A DNA stretch of 64,000 nt from the NCBI GenBank assembly GCA_951406725.2, contig OX597823.1:108934001-108998000 (forward strand). The letters run 5' to 3'. This document shows, piece by piece, positions 26,894-41,368 of the stretch. Made by a program: the position numbers and the translations under genes. The DNA comes from Octopus vulgaris. Taxonomy: Eukaryota. Below the pieces are notes generated by a model, which saw only the letters and a list, made by a program, of their open reading frames with translations, ran no database searches and was not told where the DNA came from. Within the stretch, counting starts at the first letter, position 1. Each line of letters starts with the position of its first letter.

Positions 26894-27455
26894 TTAACTT
26901 GGTAATTCTCTTTCATCGTAGAAAAACTTCTTTAACATAAATACAACATATATCAATAATCACAGTCAGATCTCACATATATCATACTTATATTTTAAAA
27001 GGGAAGGAAAGAAACTCGTGTGCACAGAATAAATTGATATTTAAATAAAATTCAATAGAATTTTAAATCATGAAAATAAAACACAAAAAAAAGAGCAAGA
27101 AACTACTTCTTAAACAGCCAAATCCGTTTGAAAACTTGCCCACAAATTCTTCTGATAACATCCTCTCTCTCCCCCTCTGCATTTCGTCTTAACATTATGT
27201 ATTTACTCTTGTACGGTCTGCCAAATTTTATTATTAAATTTTAAATTCGGTGTTGTTGTTTGTGGCTTCGGGTCATGTAATTTTAAAGCCATCATTTATA
27301 GCTGTCATCTCAACATCCTACGCTACACAATTTCGATTAGGGCTTATCGGTAAGTGCCAGTGGTGGCATTTCTTGGACGAAGAGTACATAAATAAATCCA
27401 ATTGTCTGCACACACAAACACACACACACACACACACACGCACACACACACACAT

Positions 27456-27486
<31 letters not shown>

Positions 27487-27515
27487 CACACACACAGATA
27501 TATATATATATACAC

Positions 27516-27546
<31 letters not shown>

Positions 27547-27547
27547 A

Positions 27548-27815
27548 GACAGACTTCTTTCAGTTTCCATCCCCCAAATCCACTAACAATGCTTTGGTCG
27601 CCAGGGGCTATAGTAGAAAACACTTGCCCAAGGTGCCACGCAGTGGGTCTGAACCTCGAACCATGTCGTTGGTAAACAAGCTACTTATCACACAGCCAAT
27701 GTATGTATATCTATGTGCGTGTCTTTGAGTCTAAGTTTTTTCTCCTTTCACCGCTTGACCACCAGTTTTAGTGTTTTTGTGTCTCCGTAACCTTGCGGTT
27801 CGGTAAAAGATATCG
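27548..27815. mobile_element. SINE family A fragments (5' half on minus, 3' piece on plus)
   Basis: CACTTGCCCAAGGTGCCACGCAGTGGG (minus) followed by CCGCTTGACC..CCGTAACCTTGCGGTTCGG (plus). Confidence 0.65.
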
Positions 27816-27902
27816 GCTTAAAGTTTCACAGACCTCTAACTTAATCCCGAGCTTCTCTCAAAAGCTCGCGAGACTTCAAGCTGCATGGAGCCGATTCAAG
27901 CT

Positions 27903-28020
27903 AAGAGTGTACGTTCGAAACGTATAAGACTTTCCCACTTCCCGAGCGTTAAACTAATAAATATGTTTGTTGTTTACACACTCGTCTTCGTCTTTTGTTA
28001 TTTTCTAAATTCTCACTATG
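27903..28020 (+). mobile_element. Family P module, diverged
   Basis: AAGAGTGTACGTTCGAAACGTATAAGACTTTCCCACTTCCCGAGCGTTAAACTAATA...GTCTTCGTCTTTTG. Confidence 0.7.
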
Positions 28021-28064
<44 letters not shown>

Positions 28065-28591
28065 CATATATATGTATGTATGTATGTATATATATATATA
28101 TACATATCTACATACATATATATATATACATACATACATACATACATATACATATACATACATATATATACACACACACATGAGGCTAGTCTGATGAAGT
28201 TTGAGCATTCATAACTTTGAAGCCACTCTCGAACTTAACTTGCAGAGTTGATAAGTGTTCTCTAAAATGTATTGAATAATCCATCAGTTTCATGTTAAAT
28301 AGGTTTTGTATACATCACATAAAGCAATCATTTGTAGGTAGGTGTCTGTGTATGTATGCGTGTATGTGTGCATGTGTGTGTATGTGCGCCTCATTTCACT
28401 TACAACGCATTTTAATACGACATGACAGTAGAGGACACCTGCTCCATGTACCTTACCAAAGAATCGAACATGAAGCCACGTCGCTTCGAAGCCAACTTCC
28501 TAAATATTCAACCATGCCTGCGCTTATGGGAATATATACGAATGTATATATACACACGCACTCATCCAACCAACCATCCACCCAGCCATTC

Positions 28592-28663
<72 letters not shown>

Positions 28664-28812
28664 ATATATATATATATATGTATATATATATACATATATA
28701 TATATACATACATACATATATATATATGTGTGTGTATGTATAAATATCTATATGCATAATTACCTATCCCTCTCTTTCTCTCACTATTTATGGATGTATA
28801 TATGTATATATA

Positions 28813-28862
<50 letters not shown>

Positions 28863-30924
28863 TATATTCCTGTTTTATGCACGCTATTGTAAACTATGCA
28901 TGCATATAAATATGTATGTAAATGTATTTGAAATCCAACCATCTCCCGTTGCAAGAGCAGAAAAATAAAAGAGAAACTATGTTCACCACCGTCTTCTGCT
29001 CAAAAGTAAAACTGAAAAGTCTTTTGTGCCGACCCTTAACATTTGGCTTTGCTTTAATGAAAGAATATCAAAGAAATGAGGCAATCTAAAATCCAACCAC
29101 GTCATATATATTCCTCATAGAGCAGCATTGTCAACAATTCCAAATTTTTTTTCTAATTTCATTATCTGTTAGTCATCTATCCGCTTTCAAACAAGTACCG
29201 GGAACGGCAAGTCGCTATAACCACATTCCATCCATACTTTGAAAGTTTCCCGTCTCTTTGTACATAACGGCAGCACTGAAAGACAAGCTGTAAGTTTCTT
29301 CTAATTTGTAAAAAAAAAAAAAGTACGAAATTAATATAAAAATAAAAAGCAATCAATATAAAGAGGAAAGAAAAATCATTGTGTGCAAGGATAGCGTCAG
29401 CACAACATGATTTATAACTTGTGTCCGTTTACCTTTGACTTGGTCATAAGTCTACGATCATGGGTAGTGCTTTCATGCAGTTATATATGCATATGCATAT
29501 ATATTAGTAACAACCTGGTACAGCATGATATGAATAAAAATCATATTGTTCTGGCAGTAAACTCCTCTTTGAATTTGTTCCTCTTGGGAAGTGATGTATT
29601 TACAGTTATATATGAACTCAATATGCTCCAAGTTTACTCTTTGACCTTTTCTCTGGACAGTGTAATAGGCCAAATTGTACATCATATTTCGACAATTCCC
29701 CAATGGGAAAAAATGTCAAAGGAAAAATTAACAGTTGACGCTGCTTCCCTTCCCTTTTGCCAGATAAGAATATGCTTGCTTATACATTTCAAACATTGAC
29801 CGAATGAATCTTTAACATGATTACTTATGTATAGACAGGTACAACCAGTCGGACTCCTTTGAATAAATATGCTTTGTATGAGATGAATTCAAACAAAAAG
29901 GAAAGAAATATGAAAGAGAAATCACAAGCTTATCTGAATAATCAAATGTCAGTCTTTCTTTATATGCAATATTTCATTTATTTAGAATAAGTGGGAACGC
30001 CAGTAGACTTTTAACTTTCAAATGAATTACAGCGTTGTTCTATAGTTTGGGAATTGTTTCAGTTATTTCTCAATCGAGTTAACATTTATTCAGCATCCAT
30101 AAGGACCATACTGGAATATTTTTGTCATAATGCTTCTTACCAATTTTAGCAACCTATAAAAATATAACTAAATTCACTTAACCAAAACTTCAACCTGTCC
30201 TGCAACTTTAGCAATAGATTACCATATAAATACAAAACCAAATTATAGTGCTGTTTTTCTCAAAATTCAGTTGACATTCTTTCAATAAATCAGTATCAAT
30301 TGTGTTGAAAATTAAATCATCAACAGAAAACATATTTCTCTGATGAATTTATAATGCATATCTGATGTGTGAACTACGTATGATATTACCATTAATTTTA
30401 TTTACAGCACTTTAAGATGCGATATAAAATTCTATGGAATAATAACAAATGACAGCTCTGGATTATGTTTGAAGAATGATAAGTTTTCAAAGTCAACACG
30501 CTTTTAAATTTCATTTATATATTAATGTCGGTGTTGTCTATACCAAATTAAGAACTACATACTTTTTTTACAGACAAATATAATTATATAAAAAGCTAAA
30601 ATTTCCATGATTGAATAAAAATTGTTTCTGTACAAATTAAATACAAATAATGATTAAGATATATTTGAAATAGTTATTCTTTATTCACTCATGCTAAAAT
30701 GACTGTTTGATTGAAGCTACGGACACTCACTTAGCAAAAATAATGCATTGTTAGTGTTGCGGGGAATAAGAGTAGAAATGGATATATTTTTTAGAAATAT
30801 ACTAATACAGAAATGGAGAATTAATCAGAATTGGAATTATAGAAGAAAAGACAACAGGAAGATACCATTCTTTCCAGTATAAATTTAATTAGAAATAAAA
30901 TATCGAATAAATAATGAAACACTG

Positions 30925-31410
30925 ATAATGTAGAACTCCAAAACCTAGAAAACCACTTAGAATAGTGATGATATTTAGAAAAGTGACTTAGTACAAATTT
31001 GAAGCTAATGTGTGTCTGCAGAGATGTGATGTCGTTTAGAAAAGTTGTTTGCCTGTAAAAAAAGAACTGAACTTAATTAGTAATGTAAGATATCAAACAT
31101 GCAATCAAGCAATCAATTAAAGATATAAAATCAGTAAAAATATATAGAACTATAGGTCTATAGAAAAGTGAAGTCAGGTGGAAATGCGAGTTTGTAGAAT
31201 TCTAAAGCTATTTGAAGGTGTTAGTCTGTACAAATATTCAGGCATTTATGAATGTTGATCTCTAGAAGTGTGAAACTAACTAGTAATGTGAACCTGTAGA
31301 ATAGTGTAGCCAGTAAAAAGTAAAACTAATAAAACATGAGCTTTGTGATACTGTGAAGCCAGTTCAAAATGTGAAGCCAGTTCAAAATGTGAAGTCGGTT
31401 AGTTTCTACA
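30925..31410. repeat. Degenerate ~17-18-bp minisatellite (approx. GTAGAAATGTGAAGCCA)
   Basis: Recurring TAGAA..GTGAAG/ACT units, with a perfect pair TGTGAAGCCAGTTCAAAA x2 at 31353-31388. Confidence 0.6.
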
Positions 31411-32276
31411 GATGCTAAAATATTCTATTAAAAAACTACGGATGCGGTTAGAAAAGAGCTAGGATGAGATTAGAGTGTAAATTTTGAAATAATTTAAAGA
31501 TTATATCAGAGTTCAATTTTAATATAATTCCACTATATCACTAAAGAATCCATTAGAGACATTATGAGAGAATAAATTGTTTTTCATGAAGGTAGCATGA
31601 ATGAGAAATTTTTACGAGGAATTTATTCTCCAAATTATATTAATTTTTTATGCCAGCTTGTGAACAGCAGTTTAATGCTTCACTGTGGAAAAAATACATC
31701 ACTGAAGAGGTTTGATAACACCAAAACGTCCAGAAGGGGTAGTTTACTGTATTTTCTAGAATAATAAAACATTAATTACTTCCTAATACTATATGCTACC
31801 CTGTAATAGTCTTTAATTAGTTTTTATTTAATAATTGCTGCATTAAATTATAATACAACCATGAGTAAAATGGACACTCATATAAACAAGTCAGGTGCCA
31901 GTTACTAAATGCAAGTAATATTATAAAATTAGTAAATTAAAAAATCATTTAGTGTCAACAATAGATTTGCAAAATATTTTAGGATATTTCCCAAGTTTAA
32001 AATATTGAGTTATTCTCTATAACTATGGCTGAACATGTGTTTCTTTGTTTATCACCTCATTCCATGTGATGTAAGTATCAAAAATGACCAGACACTCACC
32101 AACATTATCATTTATTTTACATCCATTTTCTGCTGGTGATACGGTGCCCATATCTTTATTCAGCCATTCTAAAGCTTTACAGCTTAAGGAGAATTATTTT
32201 CTCATTGGTTTACTAATTAGACAGTAAAAATTCACATTTCTATATGCGTATATAAATATGAATGCACAAATGTGTG

Positions 32277-32315
<39 letters not shown>

Positions 32316-32439
32316 GTGTGTGTATGTAAGTGTGTGTGTGTGTGTGTGAGAGAAGTTCTCTCAAATTGATATACGGTACTAAGAACACATTTATATCGTT
32401 GTGGACGAGAAAGGTATGATATGGGCACTGGAACTGCCA

Positions 32440-33175
32440 GATCACAGGATTTTCGCGTACTGGTCTCTTTCAGTGGCAGGCGTCCAGCTCCACATACTAG
32501 GCATATACGTCACTAATATTTTATGTATCGATGTCAATGAGATTCGTTGTTGGATAAGGTGCATTGTGTTTTCTCTTCTGGCTCTGTGCTTTGACAACAA
32601 TCCCGGTGACAACGCTGTACTCGCGTTTGTCTTTTTTCGTATATTGCAGAGTTGGTATGGAAGAGGAAAATTTATGCATAGAAAACTTGATTTTCGATTA
32701 ATGAAATCTCAGTCATCATTATGCCTAGGATTGTAACCATTTTTAGTTTCAGAGCCCAAATCCCACGAAACTTCAGAAGTTCCAGACTTGTTGCATTTTG
32801 CTACGATATATCACTTTTCACCACCGTAAGCAAATGTGGAATGTCTCTATATGATACATGGGTCAAATAGATACATTTTTAAAAATTGCTTCAGATCAAA
32901 TGTAATATTTTAAAAGAATATCACATTCAACAATGTAATCACAGATGGAATATCTCAGTTTATACGGCTCTTCAATTAAGCTTTATCTTGGGGGTGCATA
33001 ACAATAACATTAACTCAATCGTATCACATCTCTCAAAATAAGAAGAAAGTACTTCTTCATTGTTCTTCAAGCTAACTACTCTGCTGTGTAAATATCCATC
33101 AGCAAATAGCGAACTATTTACTAAAATAATTTGCCCAAAATATTTGAAGTTATAGAAATCGCTTATAAATTGCAT
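32440..33175 (-). pseudogene. Decayed RTE-X-like LINE 3' region
   Basis: FYNFKYFG (FKYLGS-like), NNMKK-like and DCCQSTEP (GHC.RS.EP-like) remnants in collinear order. Confidence 0.4.
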
Positions 33176-33809
33176 GCCTGCCTGCCACAGAATGGCAGAT
33201 CAGGCATTGAATATCAGCCCAGTGCTGATATCTCAGATATTCTCTCTCGGGCATGTCTAGTGGTTCGTTGGGAACAAGACGTTGGAATTATTTCTTAGGT
33301 ATTCAATTGGCTAACTACGTGACATAGGTCTGCAGAAGTGGAGCACAACATGGTTACCAAACAACAAGATTAACAGGAATAAGGAAAAAAAAAACAACAT
33401 CAACAACAAAGTCAACAACAATGAAAACAGTGATAACAATAAAATCAACATCACTAAAGAAAAACCAAAATAATGGTTTTGAAAGCGAAAATATCTCGAA
33501 AATAAAAATAAAGAATGGGAAATTTTTTGGTTGTTTTCCTTTACATCATATTGGTAAGGTAGTGACCAGAAAATTGTAGAATGGACGGTGGAATTGAATT
33601 TTGAAGACAAATAAACGATTGCTACTTGGAATGGGCAGGAAAGAATAAAAAATAGCTGCCTGTCAAATTGTTTGTATTATTTTTTTGTACTTATATTTTG
33701 TTTGACGTTTTGGTAGAGATTGAAGAATCATAGGGAAGAAACAATCATTTTGGATGATGCATCTATCTGCATTATAGTAAATGTATGTATGCTTGTGTGC
33801 ATATATATA

Positions 33810-33855
<46 letters not shown>

Positions 33856-33866
33856 GTGTGTATATG

Positions 33867-33915
<49 letters not shown>

Positions 33916-34938
33916 GGGTGTATGTACTTATGCATATATACATATATGTATATATGTATGTATATACATATTTATATATATATAGATATACATATATATG
34001 TATACACGTAGATATATATGTGCTATTATATATATATATATATATATATAGCAGTAGATATATTATGCATATATACGCGATTTAGTATATATATATATAT
34101 TTGCGCGCGTGTGTGCGCGTGCATGTATAAGTGTGTGTGTGTGTGTGTGTGAAATTCTGTACGAATGCCTAAAATAGTGTCAGGCATGTACAGTTGAAAT
34201 AAAATGGAACCCTCACTTTTCCAAAAAATAAAGAAAAGAAAGAAAAATGAAAAACAACGGAGTAATCTAAAAAAAACTGAGAGAGAGAAAAAAGATTTGT
34301 ATTGAAGCTGGGGGTGTGCCATGGGTAGGGAAGTTGGGTTGAAAGTAAAAAACAACACAAACAATGACGACAAAAAAAAAAGAAAAAAGAAAAAAGAACA
34401 AACAATTGTTTTGTGTGTTTGAATGTACATGAATATATGTATGTGTTTGTGTGTTGGTGTGTTTGTGTGTTTGTGTGTGGCAATTTATAAGTATGAAGAG
34501 TACATTAACGTGTGTGCGTGTGTGTGCAGCAATTTATAACATCGAGGTGTGCATGAAAGAATGTGTATATGTGTGTAAGTGTGTATGAGTGTGAGCGTGT
34601 GTGTGAGTGTGTGTATGCGTGTGTGCGTGTGCGCGTCGGGGAAGGAGAGGGGGGGAGAGAAATTATTTTCTAAAATGTGCCGATCTTTTGAAAGTGGATT
34701 GTTTGTGTGTTTATTTGTCAGTTTTCACACACACAAGCACACACACACACACTGACATACACCCATACACACACACACAGACATGCATTCGCACACACAC
34801 ACACACGCACACACACACACACACACGCACACATACACACAGGTATTTGTGTAGAAGTATGTTATATTGTGTATGCTACACTATATGAGAGCCGAAAGCA
34901 TATATGTGTGTGTCTGTTGCGTGTATGCAGCATTTGTG

Positions 34939-35043
<105 letters not shown>

Positions 35044-35108
35044 TATGTATATATATATGTATATATATATGTATATATATATGTATATATATATATGTAT
35101 ATATATAT

Positions 35109-35178
<70 letters not shown>

Positions 35179-36061
35179 TGCATATATGCGTGAATCTGAG
35201 TACGCGGATGTATATAAGCATACACCTGTGAGGGATTTAATGTCTCCATACACTTTTCATATGCACACGCACGCAAGCCCGCGCGCACGCACACTCACAC
35301 ACGCACACACACACACACACAAACACACACACATACACACACATAATTATATGTATGCATATATGTCAAAATGTATACACTATTACTAAACAGATTGTCA
35401 TGTGTTTTTGCCGTGGGCAAAGAGAATTTCTCACAATGCTGAAATTGGAGACCACTCTGGTTGTATTCCCTTACATACGAATAAACGCCAATGCAGACAC
35501 GGACATACACATATATAACTATATATAGATATGCACACATATACATATGCATACATGTATACAAACATACACACGCGCACACACTTATACACAAATATAT
35601 ATAACAAGAATATATATGATTTTTTTTTCTGCTTTATTTTGTACTCATCACACATCCATACGTTACATATAGACACATACTCATATCTACGTACATATGT
35701 GCATACAAACATGCATACACATTCACACAAACACACAAACACACACACATGTATATATATGCAGGCATACATGCATAGATGTAAATATGCTTATACGTAC
35801 ACCCACAAAAACACACACGCTCATACATGTATATATATATATATATACATACACACACACACACATATAACGTAAGATTTATAGATGAATTGCATTTAAC
35901 TCTTACTCATTACAAAATGCTTAGGTATACTCATCCGTACGTACAAACATATAGCATTGCTCATCCTTATGCATTCACAAATAATGTCATATAGTTACAT
36001 ATATACATCCATACATATGCATACACTCGTACATGTATATATGTATATATATGTATGTATG

Positions 36062-36107
<46 letters not shown>

Positions 36108-37379
36108 GCATATATACACGTACATAGATGTACGAATATAGATTTATAATGCATTTATATACACACGTTTATAGCACACAAACATACATATTTTAAGCAT
36201 ATATATAAATATACATATATACCAATATAGATTCATAATATGTATAACTTTGCATACATACATTTATATTACAAGCAGGCAAACGTGCATACCGACGAAC
36301 ATACATATATATGCATGCTTGCAAAACCACTTCTACTCTACAAAATTGGTTCTTTGAAATGTGAAAAGCCAAAAATAACCGACCCTTCTCTCACAGCAAA
36401 TGGAAGAGTTTATTCTTCCAACAGTCATCTCACTTGAGCAAATTCGTTGGAATTCAAACTCAATCGATACTTGTAAGATTGATGGAAGTGTCTACATCTC
36501 AACTTCAACTTACCTCACCTCTCTCTCTCTCTTTCTCTTTCTCTCCCTCCCTTTTTTCTCCCTCTTTCTCCCTCATTTTCTATCTTTTATTCCTTTCTGA
36601 TTTTGTGTATACATACAACTCCCAAATTATATGCTGACCTTTTACAACATTTACGTTTACATTCATGTGTAGACACACACACACTTTGTTATACGCGTGT
36701 CAAGACACATACATACCTCAATGAATACGGCACACAAAGCATTTGTATGCATGTATAAAAATATACACATATCTGTGTGTATCTCTCTGTGTATAACAGA
36801 ATGTGTTCAGATTTGTTTTTTATTGACAATTTTTATATTTACTTATTAGTTCTTTAAGTTGCTGCCCTCTCTATATATATCTATCTGTGTGTGTGTATGT
36901 GTGTGTTTATGCGCGTGAGTGTGTGTGTGTGTGTGTGTAAATCTCCGTGTGTATGCATGTATAAATACAAGTATATAAGCAAACGTTCGTGCGTATATGC
37001 ATAAGAACATACGCACACACATAAACACATACACACACATACAATCATATAACATATAATAGATACATATTTTACATACAAGGAAATACTTTCCCTCAGC
37101 TAGTGACTGAACATGACAAAATTTCGACACTTTGAAACAGCCTTTATGTATTTAGCTGCTCGGAGCAGCATTGCCCCAATCGGAGAATGTCCTCCTTCTT
37201 TTGTCCCACACCGTGACGTTTGTTTTCCCCATGCAGCCATGAGACTCAAACTGAGGACAGCTCCAATTTTTCGTACCTGACCGTCAATACTGGACATTGT
37301 CGGCGGTGCATTTTACGTCAGTCACAGAAGTAATTGCAACCTGAATCCATTTTACAAACATGCACGCTGTCCCTTAGTT

Positions 37380-38050
37380 ACCGGCGATAGTTCACTACAT
37401 AATACTTCCGATTAACAGGGCTGATATTCAAGGACTCAGGCATGTTTGTTGCGGTGCCTTGATTGTCTTTGTTTATGCGAAAGACGCTGACGGAAAGCTA
37501 ATTAACCAAAAATTAATAGACTTGTGAACCTGAATTCATCGAAATGAATGACATGACCTACACATAGCTTATGGTATGTGATGAGTGGCGTTTCCAAACT
37601 GAGAGAGCACGACTTCTCCCTCAACTCTTCAGCGGTTGTATAATAATTGCCATAGACATTTCTTATGAATCCTTTCGAATATTTTGAAGTTTTATCGATG
37701 TAGGGTCCATGTTTTAGATGAATATAACATGGTTGTGATAACGCAAACATTATAGATGGAATTGTGTTAGAAGGTTTCAAATCGCTGTCTCACCAGACGA
37801 ATTTCACCAGTGTCTCAGACATAACTAAAGTCTTAGCAACCCCCATTTTGATTCCAGAATCTATGGGACCATATCTGAAAACGGAAGTGCTGAGATACCC
37901 ATATCATATAATACACCAAATTAGCCCCAGAACAAGGACATTTGGTTCCATAACCGGTTCTCTAGAAAAGATGTAAACATCGCTGTTTTTCTTTTCATAA
38001 ACTAAAGGTCCAAATCCAGAAGAAGACAGTAGAGATTTTCATAACTTTTT
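37380..38050 (-). pseudogene. Decayed RTE (BovB-like) LINE, RT C-terminal region
   Basis: MLYSSKTWTLHR*NFKIFERIHKKCLWQLL (LLYGSETWTL..LE.FH..CLR.IL) and LCVGHVIHFDEFRFTSLLIFG (LRW.GHV.RM...RLPK.LLYG). Confidence 0.75.
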
Positions 38051-38061
38051 GAACATCTTGC

Positions 38062-38100
<39 letters not shown>

Positions 38101-38277
38101 TACACACGCACATACACACATACACGTTTGTATGTATATGTGCATGTACTAAAACTATATATATGCATGTGTGCGTGTATCCAAAAGGGATTTTCAACAC
38201 AATATTTATATACTATTCTTCAGAGCTGTACACGATGTTTCTTGAAAGTTACAAAATTGTTTTGACATCAACAGTAT

Positions 38278-38329
<52 letters not shown>

Positions 38330-38989
38330 CCATTCATACACACACATACACCACACCATACCAAACATACATACATATTTTTACAAGGAAAAGGTTAACA
38401 GTGGCTTCGAATTTTCGGATTGCTCACTGTTATCAGAATCTGAGCAAGACAAAAAATTCGAAACCATCGTTGCTCTTCCCCTTGTGATGGTTAATAAAGA
38501 CGTACTCTACTAAAACTATTTAGTAATCCTTCAATCTAATAATGTATCGTGTTTTATATATAAATCAAAATGAAAAGATATATGTATAGAAGTATATGCA
38601 TATATACACGCAAATGTCGAACGATGAGAATGAGTGCTCAACACCGCATTGGTGGACAGAATTTCTTTATTTGTGTATTAACGCTACCATTGTTTTCATA
38701 TTAAAAAAAATATATATTTATATCTTAATAATTATTGAAACCCATCGCATGAAGGAATGATGTTCGTCTCCATTTTGGATAAAAGCACAAAGTCTCGTGA
38801 ATTCACCGATATTCTCGTAGAGAAAACAATAAATCAAGCGGCGCTTTTCTTGGATGATATATTTTGAGTGTATTCTAGGTATATGTGATTTTTTGTTTGT
38901 GTGCTATGGTAGTTCGTCATGGGGTCACATGTCTTCTGTGTATGGAGTTTTTGTGCTGTATATATTCAATTTTCACGCTCAGGAAAAAA

Positions 38990-40520
38990 ACGCTAACCTG
39001 GCAGCGTAGGTAGTGGTTCCTTTTTGGAGTGTCTAAGTGTGAGATATTGCTTGTGTATGCGGGGAGAAAAGATTTTATCCCGAATATTTAGGATGCTATC
39101 CGTTGACTGTATGATATTTAGTTTTTCAGTAATGCAGAGTTCACATTTGGTTCTCCGTCCTCTGTATTTTCTGGCTTTAGCAATGATGCTCCATTTTATC
39201 GGGAGACTACTTATTTCTCCTTCTTTCAATGTCCATATCACATTGGTTAGGGATGTTGCATGTCTTTTATTTTTGTCTCTGAATGACGCCACCTGTGGTG
39301 TGTACAGTTACATTATTTTTCGTGGGTATTTCTGGTCTGTTTATTTTTATTGTAGTTGAGTGTTATTGACCCTATATTGGGGAGGCAACTATAACTAACA
39401 TTAACAGTGTTTCTGTTGAAGATCTTGTGGTATTTGTGTGAACGTGGGAAGAGTGTCTTAATTTTATGAATTTTCTGGCAATGTTAGTGGCTACATTCAT
39501 GCTATAAGGTGCGTTGAACCATAAGACTTTCCTCCGTTTGTATCTTCTTTGTCTTTTTGTATTTGGTTGAATGTAGTTTATGCTATTCTTGAAGTTGGAC
39601 CTTTCTAATGCAGCATTATTGTATGGAGTGGTCTTTATCAGCGGATTGATTGGAGACATGCCTGCTAATATTGTTCACTAGTTTAATGAATGCTGGTAGT
39701 TTGGTTGGAGCGTATGTCCTTGTACGAGGCTTCCTTATTTGATTTGTTGCAGGGTTTATATTTGCTTGATTTAAGGTTCATATCAATATCTGGGAAGTTG
39801 ACTTGTTTAAGGTTAATACTAATTGTGGTTCTTAGAACTAGCTGGCTAGATACTTTGCATATTTTATCCTTATCCTATCTATATCGTGTCCGTTTTTATT
39901 TTGTAGCACTTCGAGGCCGTCATCTCTATATAAGCCTATGTTGGCTTCTTTATTTCTTTTCTAATGATATCTAGGATATCGAGACCTAAAATGTCAGCTA
40001 TCTCTGCGCCATCACAGCTCCCCATTGCCACATCTAATAGCCCGCCCCCATTCTTTTTTTACGCAATAGGAATTATCAGGACAAACTAATGACTTTCTTG
40101 CGTTCATAATTATAACTATATCACTGTTTGTTATTGTAACATATGCCTTATTAAATTCAAATACCTTTTGAAGCAAGCTTTTGGAGACTCTACGATGTCA
40201 AACTGAATAAATTTACATTTGGATTTATCTTCTGTTTTCTTAAACCATTCAATAATTGAACTGCTACTTATTCATTGAGTAAAGTTTGAATATGTTCTGA
40301 TATGTCGTATGATATTATCTAATATGGATTTACTAATAATTCCTATTTCACTTTTTGTAGATTTATTTATCTGCTGCTAGTTTTGCGTGAAGTTATCTTT
40401 ATGGTCTTTCAGGGTTACAAAAAAAAAAGATTTCCTGGGTTAAACTTTTCTAATCTAGCTTCTATTTTAAACCTTGTGGCTCATTTCTTGCTTCTCTCTT
40501 AATTGAATCATAAGTCGTGG
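38990..40520 (-). pseudogene. Penelope-like element (RT plus GIY-YIG endonuclease), frameshifted
   Basis: DVAMGSCDGAEIADILGLDIL; [25 protein letters not shown]; TSLTNVIWTLKE...IKWSIIAKA...CELCITEKLNI...ILNIRDKIFS. Confidence 0.9.
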
Positions 40521-41167
40521 GGTTGAATTATATGTGGTGGGTTGCTTCAGTACACTGGTAGAACGAATTTTTTACCTTTTACAAAAGATATCAAGTTTCC
40601 AGCTTCACGTGAACTTTTCCCACTCTTTTTTCCTCTTATATTATACAAGGAAGTTTCATGGAGTCTTCCAATAAATTAAATTATCATGACAAGTTTAAAT
40701 CTGGCATATCATTTTAAGGTAATTCAACAGAGGAGTTCAAATTCTTTAATGTACCGTTTCCCTTCTTCTGTATCTATTTAACTCCTTATCGATTTTAGTT
40801 CCTATCTTTCTCTATTTTGCCCACAAACTTCTTCCTCGGCATTTTACTAGTATCTTTCTGCCGGTCTGTCGTTCATTCTCCCTTTGTTTCTGCTTCTCTA
40901 CACATTATATATTCTCTTTTTTTATTTTGTACTTTGTCACACTTCTTTTCTCTGTCACACTAAGAACAAAAACCAAAATAGCTGTGGTAACTCTCTTTGT
41001 TTTTGAAACGGCTGTTATGTTAACTTTTACATAGAAGAGATATTACAGACGCACACACACACGCACCTCTGTGTGAGTATACATACATGTATGCGTCTGC
41101 ATATATATCGCTATGGGCTCCGTGTGGGCAGTCATCTAAAAGTTTTTGTTCATCTTGATGCTGACAT

Positions 41168-41272
41168 AAGTTCCTTGTTTTTCCTGATGAGAAGGCGTCA
41201 TAATGCACCCCTTATTCCTTCGAAATTAGGAATATGCAGCCTTCGAAACATATGTCGAGAATAAAGGAATTT
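41168..41272 (+). ncRNA. Minimal type I hammerhead ribozyme, apparently intact
   Basis: Stem I TTCCTTGTTTTTC(41171-83)/GAGAATAAAGGAA(41257-69); CTGATGA 41184-90; stem II GAAGGC/GCCTTC; GAAA 41245-48; C-ATAT-G; predicted GTC cleavage after 41256. Confidence 0.9.
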
Positions 41273-41302
41273 TGTTAAATCGTCGTTCAACTCCATTCTT
41301 TC

Positions 41303-41368
<66 letters not shown>

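Noticed and set aside
28185-28230. CTGATGA-AGTT...AACTT-TGAAG motif
   Set aside because: No GAAA or stem III; it looks more like a mariner-type TIR remnant.
37502-38056. ~185-codon minus frame interrupted only by TGA (recoding, selenoprotein or numt idea)
   Set aside because: Adjacent frames show RTE LINE motifs, so it is a decayed retrotransposon.
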